Below, piece after piece: positions 27,502-32,000 of a stretch of 32,000 nt of DNA. Origin of the DNA: Methanothermobacter thermautotrophicus str. Delta H (GTDB taxonomy: Archaea > Methanobacteriota > Methanobacteria > Methanobacteriales > Methanothermobacteraceae); the NCBI RefSeq assembly GCF_000008645.1, contig NC_000916.1, forward strand, positions 990,001 to 1,022,000, given 5' to 3'. Position 1 is the stretch's first letter; each line of letters starts with the position of its first letter. The position numbers and the translations under genes are program-made. The notes under the pieces were generated by a model, which was not told the origin of the DNA, made no database searches, and saw nothing but the letters and a program-made list of their open reading frames with translations.

Positions 27502-28377
27502 ATGAGAGGCTGGGTTCTGTTTATCATCGTACTCATAACCATTACCTGTGCCTCAGCTGCATACTCACATCAGCCGAGGCTGGTAACAGGGTCAGATGAG
27601 GTCATTGTACAGAACCCTGAAGTTTCACAGGCATTCTACGGTGAGCTGAAGGGAAAACCTGTCTACTTCAGGATAACGTCAGAGAGTCCCTTCAGGTTAT
27701 ACGTGAACATACTTGTCCCCTACTCTCCAGATGCAGAGCCCGTGTATGTGGACATAATAAGGGGTGACGGTAAGGTCATAGGGACCCTCAAGGGTAACAT
27801 CAGCACCTGGGAGCCCTACTTTGAAGAATTCGGTGGCGACTACTACCTCAAGGGCCCGGAGTTCAACGGTACCGTTGATGCAGGCACATACCGGCTGAAG
27901 GTATACAGTCCCGCAAACAGGGAAAAGTTCTCCCTTGCTGTGGGTAGCATTGAATCCTTCCCACCGGATGAGTCCCTGAAGGCACTGGTGCTGCTCCCGG
28001 TGCTTAAATCAGAGATATTCCAGGTGCCGGTCATTCTCCTCTTCACACAGTTCCTGGGCATGATACTGGGTATGGGATCATTCACAGTTATCCTGCTACT
28101 CTCACGGCTGAAACTCGGATCAGAGGATGTTTACAGGCCACTTGTTAAGCTGGGGTGGGCCGGGATCATCCTGACGGCCGTTGCCTGGATACTAACCTAC
28201 ATTAAAAACCCCCTCAACATACTGGGTAACGTTGAAAACCTCATTCTAATATTGATCATAATTTTAACCTGGCGCTTCAATGCAGCCCTCCCCGATTATC
28301 AGAGATTCAGGGGTCCCTTCACGCTACTTATGTGGCTCCTCTTCCTCCTGATAAGGGTGAGCCTCATCTTCTACTGA
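27502..28377 (+). CDS. Hypothetical membrane protein with signal peptide, extracellular beta-rich region and C-terminal TM segments
   Basis: 291 aa; N-terminal WVLFIIVLITITCASAAYS, then four hydrophobic segments; no family recognised. Confidence 0.75.
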   Translation: MRGWVLFIIVLITITCASAAYSHQPRLVTGSDEVIVQNPEVSQAFYGELKGKPVYFRITSESPFRLYVNILVPYSPDAEPVYVDIIRGDGKVIGTLKGNISTWEPYFEEFGGDYYLKGPEFNGTVDAGTYRLKVYSPANREKFSLAVGSIESFPPDESLKALVLLPVLKSEIFQVPVILLFTQFLGMILGMGSFTVILLLSRLKLGSEDVYRPLVKLGWAGIILTAVAWILTYIKNPLNILGNVENLILILIIILTWRFNAALPDYQRFRGPFTLLMWLLFLLIRVSLIFY

Positions 28378-28569
28378 TCTGGAAGCGTTAATCCTACTGC
28401 TTCTGTGATTATCCCCTCATCAGGACATATAAAATGAGTGCGCAGATTCCTATGCAATTGAGAGGTTTCAGGGAAGGGCGAAACATTTAATAGTTTAATA
28501 TGCAAATCTTAAAAAGTAGGTTGATCAATTTATAGCCTTGATTTTATGATTATCACAAGTCTCTGAAAG

Positions 28570-29676
28570 GTGTTTCAATTGGATAAGATAAAGATCGCGA
28601 TAGTAGGTGTGGGAAACTGTGCCAGCTCCCTGATTCAGGGGATATACTATTACCGTAATAAGGGTGCCGGTGACTCGATAGGTCTCATGCACTGGGATAT
28701 AGGCGGCTATGAACCCGGCGATATTGAGGTCGTTGCTGCCTTCGATATTGATAGGCGGAAGGTTGGCCGGGATGTGAGTGAGGCCATATTCGCCCCACCA
28801 AACTGTACAGCAGTCTTCTGCGATGACGTCCCGGAAATGGGTGTTGAGGTGTCCATGGGGCATGTCCTTGATGGTGTGGCCCCCCACATGAAGGACTACC
28901 CTGAAAAACAGACCTTCGTGGTTGCGGATGAGGAACCCGTGGATGTCGTTGAGGTCCTCCGGGAGAGCGGGGCTGAGATACTCCTCAACTATCTGCCGGT
29001 GGGTTCAGAGGAGGCCGCAAGGTTCTATGCCCGCTGCGCCCTTGAGGCGGGGGTAGCCTACATAAACAACATGCCTGTATTCATTGCAAGTGACCCTGAA
29101 TGGGCTGCCAGATTCCAGGAGAAGGGCATACCCATAGTCGGTGATGACATAAAGGCCCAGCTGGGGGCCACCATAACCCACAGGACCCTCACAAACCTCT
29201 TCAAGAGGAGGGGTGTTAAACTCGACCGCACCTACCAGATAAACACTGGTGGGAACACTGATTTCCTCAACATGCTGAACCGTGACCGTCTGGACTCAAA
29301 GAAGGAGTCCAAGACCGAAGCTGTCCAGTCAATACTTGGTGAGGACCGCCTGGATGATGAGAACATCCACATAGGGCCAAGTGACTACATACCCTGGCAG
29401 AAGGATAACAAGATCTGCTTCCTGAGGATGGAGGGCAGGCTCTTCGGGGACGTCCCCATGAACCTTGAGCTCAGGCTGAGTGTTGAGGATTCCCCCAACT
29501 CTGCGGGCTGTGTTATTGACGCCATAAGGTGCTGCAAGCTGGCCATTGACCGGGGTATCGGTGGGCCCCTGACCTCCATATCATCCTATACAATGAAGCA
29601 TCCCCCGGTCCAGTACACTGACGACGTGGCAGCGCGTATGGTGGATGAATTCATTGCCGGTGAAAGGGAGAGATAA
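28570..29676 (+). CDS. ino1: myo-inositol-1-phosphate synthase
   Basis: 368 aa (GTG start); [33 protein letters not shown]-like [59 protein letters not shown]. Confidence 0.93.
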   Translation: MFQLDKIKIAIVGVGNCASSLIQGIYYYRNKGAGDSIGLMHWDIGGYEPGDIEVVAAFDIDRRKVGRDVSEAIFAPPNCTAVFCDDVPEMGVEVSMGHVLDGVAPHMKDYPEKQTFVVADEEPVDVVEVLRESGAEILLNYLPVGSEEAARFYARCALEAGVAYINNMPVFIASDPEWAARFQEKGIPIVGDDIKAQLGATITHRTLTNLFKRRGVKLDRTYQINTGGNTDFLNMLNRDRLDSKKESKTEAVQSILGEDRLDDENIHIGPSDYIPWQKDNKICFLRMEGRLFGDVPMNLELRLSVEDSPNSAGCVIDAIRCCKLAIDRGIGGPLTSISSYTMKHPPVQYTDDVAARMVDEFIAGERER

Positions 29677-29719
29677 TCCCTTCACAGAATTCTCTTTTTT
29701 AAAAATACAACTTTAGAAT

Positions 29720-29801
29720 CCCTGAAAATCTTCTTACCAGAATTCCATACATACAAAAAAAACCTTAGAAACGATCCCCTGAAAATCTTCTTACCAGAAT
29801 T
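29720..29801. repeat. 25-bp perfect direct repeat CCCTGAAAATCTTCTTACCAGAATT, two copies 57 nt apart
   Basis: 29720-29744 and 29777-29801, in the ino1-ferredoxin convergent gap. Confidence 0.85.
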
Positions 29802-29845
29802 ATCATATACAGAAATAAGGAATAAATAAAGGGTCTGTAAGGGAA

Positions 29846-30031
29846 TCAGTCCTCTTCAACCTCTATGCACTCGTTTGGACATACGTCCATGCACACCTCA
29901 CATTCATTGCATTCCTCAGGGTGCTGGACCTCGAGCTTACCATCAACTATTATGAGTACCTCCATCGGGCATACATCAACACATTCTCCACATGCATCAC
30001 ATTCATCATAATCTATGATTATCTTTGCCAT
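29846..30031 (-). CDS. 2[4Fe-4S] ferredoxin (start corrected to MAKIIIDYDECDACG)
   Basis: CDACGECVDVCP and CNECEVCMDVCP. Confidence 0.95.
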   Translation of the reverse strand: MAKIIIDYDECDACGECVDVCPMEVLIIVDGKLEVQHPEECNECEVCMDVCPNECIEVEED

Positions 30032-30207
30032 TTTTGATTCTCCCTTAAAATTCCATGTAAATTTAATTGTTAGGATTATGATTTCATCCCTTATAACCAT
30101 TATACGTTGTAGTACAGAGTTCTGATGAATTAATACATCTGCTGTGTATTTAAGGAAGTTCCTACTATGTATATAAAGAATCTAATTGATCTCATGAGAG
30201 GGTCACG

Positions 30208-31914
30208 ATGAAAGGGATAAAGGTCGTTGAAACAGCATTCAGGGATGCGCACCAGTCACTTCTTGCAACACGCCTCCGTACCCGTGACATGACACCCATC
30301 GCAGAGGAAATGGACCGGGTGGGTTTCTTCTCACTGGAGGCATGGGGCGGTGCAACCTTCGATACCTGCATACGCTACCTGAATGAGGATCCATGGGAGA
30401 GGCTACGGGAACTTAAGGAACACGTGAAAAGGACGCCGATACAGATGCTCCTCAGGGGCCAGAACCTTGTGGGGTACAAGCACTACCCCGATGACATAGT
30501 GAGGAAGTTCATTGAGAAGTCCTATGAAAACGGCGTTGATGTCTTCAGGATATTCGACGCCCTCAATGACATAAGGAACATGGAGTACGCCATAAAGGTC
30601 GCCAGGGAACAGGAAGCCCATGTGCAGGGAGTCATCTGCTACACCATCAGCCCTTATCACACCCTTGAGAGTTATGTGGACTTTGCAAGGGAACTGGAGG
30701 CCCTTGAATGTGACTCCGTTGCAATAAAGGACATGGCAGGCCTAATATCTCCACATGATGCCTACGAACTCGTGAGGGCCCTCAAGGAAGAGACCGACCT
30801 CATGGTGAACCTTCACTGCCACTGCACAAGTGGAATGACACCCATGAGCTACTATGCCGCCTGTGAGGCCGGCGTTGATATACTTGATACCGCCATATCA
30901 CCCCTATCCTGGGGTGCCTCCCAGCCACCCACAGAGAGCATTGTGGCTGCACTCCGGGACACACCCTACGACACGGGCCTTGACCTTGAGATCCTGAAGA
31001 ACATCAAGAAGTACTTCGAGGAGATCCGGAAGAAGTACAGCAGCATCCTCGACCCCATAGCCGAGCAGATCGACACAGACGTCCTCATATACCAGATACC
31101 CGGGGGTATGCTGTCAAACCTTGTTGCGCAGCTCAAGGAGCAGAACGCCCTGGACCGCTATGAGGAGGTCCTCGAGGAGATGCCCCGGGTGAGGAAGGAT
31201 ATGGGTTACCCTCCCCTTGTAACCCCAACCAGTCAGATAGTCGGTATACAGGCCGTTATGAACGTCCTGAGCGGTGAGAGGTACAGCATGGTCACCAATG
31301 AGGTGAAGGACTACTTCCGGGGACTCTACGGCAGACCCCCTGCCCCATTAAATGAGGAGGTCGCAAGGAAGGTCATCGGAGATGAGAAACCCATCGACTG
31401 CAGACCAGCGGACATCCTCAAACCCCAGTATGATGAGTGCAGGAGGAAGGGTGAGGAGATGGGCATAATAGAGAAGGAGGAGGACATACTGACCCTCGCC
31501 CTCTACCCTGCCATTGCACCTAAATTCCTGAGGGGTGAAATCGAGGAGGAGCCCCTGGAGCCCCCGGCAGAGGAGATGGCCCCGACAGGTGAGGTGCCAA
31601 CCGTCTTCCACGTGGAGGTCGATGGTGACGAGTTCGAGGTCAAGGTGGTCCCCACAGGCTACATGACCATCGAGGAAGCTGAACCCGAACCGGTGGATGT
31701 TGAGGGTGCAGTTAAGTCCACCATGCAGGGCATGGTTGTGAAGCTCAAGGTCAGTGAGGGCGACCAGGTGAATGCCGGGGACGTTGTCGCGGTTGTTGAA
31801 GCCATGAAGATGGAGAACGATATCCAGACACCCCACGGTGGTGTTGTTGAGAAGATATACACCGCTGAGGGTGAAAAGGTTGAGACCGGCGACATAATCA
31901 TGGTCATAAAATAA
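30208..31914 (+). CDS. pycB: Pyruvate carboxylase subunit B (carboxyltransferase plus biotin carrier domain)
   Basis: TAFRDAHQSLLATRLRTRDM, C-terminal GDVVAVVEAMKMENDIQTP biotin-attachment site. Confidence 0.96.
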   Translation: MKGIKVVETAFRDAHQSLLATRLRTRDMTPIAEEMDRVGFFSLEAWGGATFDTCIRYLNEDPWERLRELKEHVKRTPIQMLLRGQNLVGYKHYPDDIVRKFIEKSYENGVDVFRIFDALNDIRNMEYAIKVAREQEAHVQGVICYTISPYHTLESYVDFARELEALECDSVAIKDMAGLISPHDAYELVRALKEETDLMVNLHCHCTSGMTPMSYYAACEAGVDILDTAISPLSWGASQPPTESIVAALRDTPYDTGLDLEILKNIKKYFEEIRKKYSSILDPIAEQIDTDVLIYQIPGGMLSNLVAQLKEQNALDRYEEVLEEMPRVRKDMGYPPLVTPTSQIVGIQAVMNVLSGERYSMVTNEVKDYFRGLYGRPPAPLNEEVARKVIGDEKPIDCRPADILKPQYDECRRKGEEMGIIEKEEDILTLALYPAIAPKFLRGEIEEEPLEPPAEEMAPTGEVPTVFHVEVDGDEFEVKVVPTGYMTIEEAEPEPVDVEGAVKSTMQGMVVKLKVSEGDQVNAGDVVAVVEAMKMENDIQTPHGGVVEKIYTAEGEKVETGDIIMVIK

Positions 31915-32000
31915 AAACCTTCTTTTATATTCTGCCTCTAGTCCGGGACCGTTAAATATATGATTCAGGCCTCAACCATTCCTCTGAAAGAAGCCTGTTT

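Noticed and set aside
31348-31836. 162-aa minus-strand ORF opposite pycB
   Set aside because: Lies fully within the strongly supported pycB coding frame on the other strand.

Overview
The gene content, repeat sequence and gene order match a Methanothermobacter-type methanogen chromosome (assignment from recall, not from a search). The left 18.5 kb is a CRISPR-Cas island. It holds a 24-repeat array read on the minus strand with its leader on the right, a type III-A operon (csm1/cas10, csm2, csm3, csm4, csm5 and a CARF-HEPN Csm6/Csx1-like gene), and a type I-B (Cst/Tneap-like) operon (cas6, cas8/cst1-like, a small coupled ORF, cas7, cas5, cas3, cas4, cas1, cas2). The rest is mostly ordinary chromosome: an ABC-2 exporter pair, a KaiC-like/KaiB-like pair followed by a MEDS-rhodanese chimera, an FMN-binding PNPOx-like protein, a UbiA prenyltransferase (DGGGP-synthase-like), a dolichol/phytol-kinase-like protein, a TMP-kinase-like protein, an MBL-fold protein, inositol-1-phosphate synthase, ferredoxin and pyruvate carboxylase subunit B. 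The observations most worth checking are: (1) csm5 split at an A7 homopolymer needing a +1 shift; (2) cas6 whose conserved N-terminus has no ATG/GTG/TTG start; (3) a perfect 10-bp-arm palindrome over the predicted cas operon start site; (4) a second, degenerate repeat family with a 65-nt, CRISPR-like period between the leader and the csm operon; (5) a 33-bp tandem duplication in csm3; (6) a separate small ORF coupled to the cas8-like gene; (7) the KaiB/KaiC/MEDS-rhodanese cluster; (8) a two-copy 31-bp repeat with a 35-bp spacer at 24505-24601.
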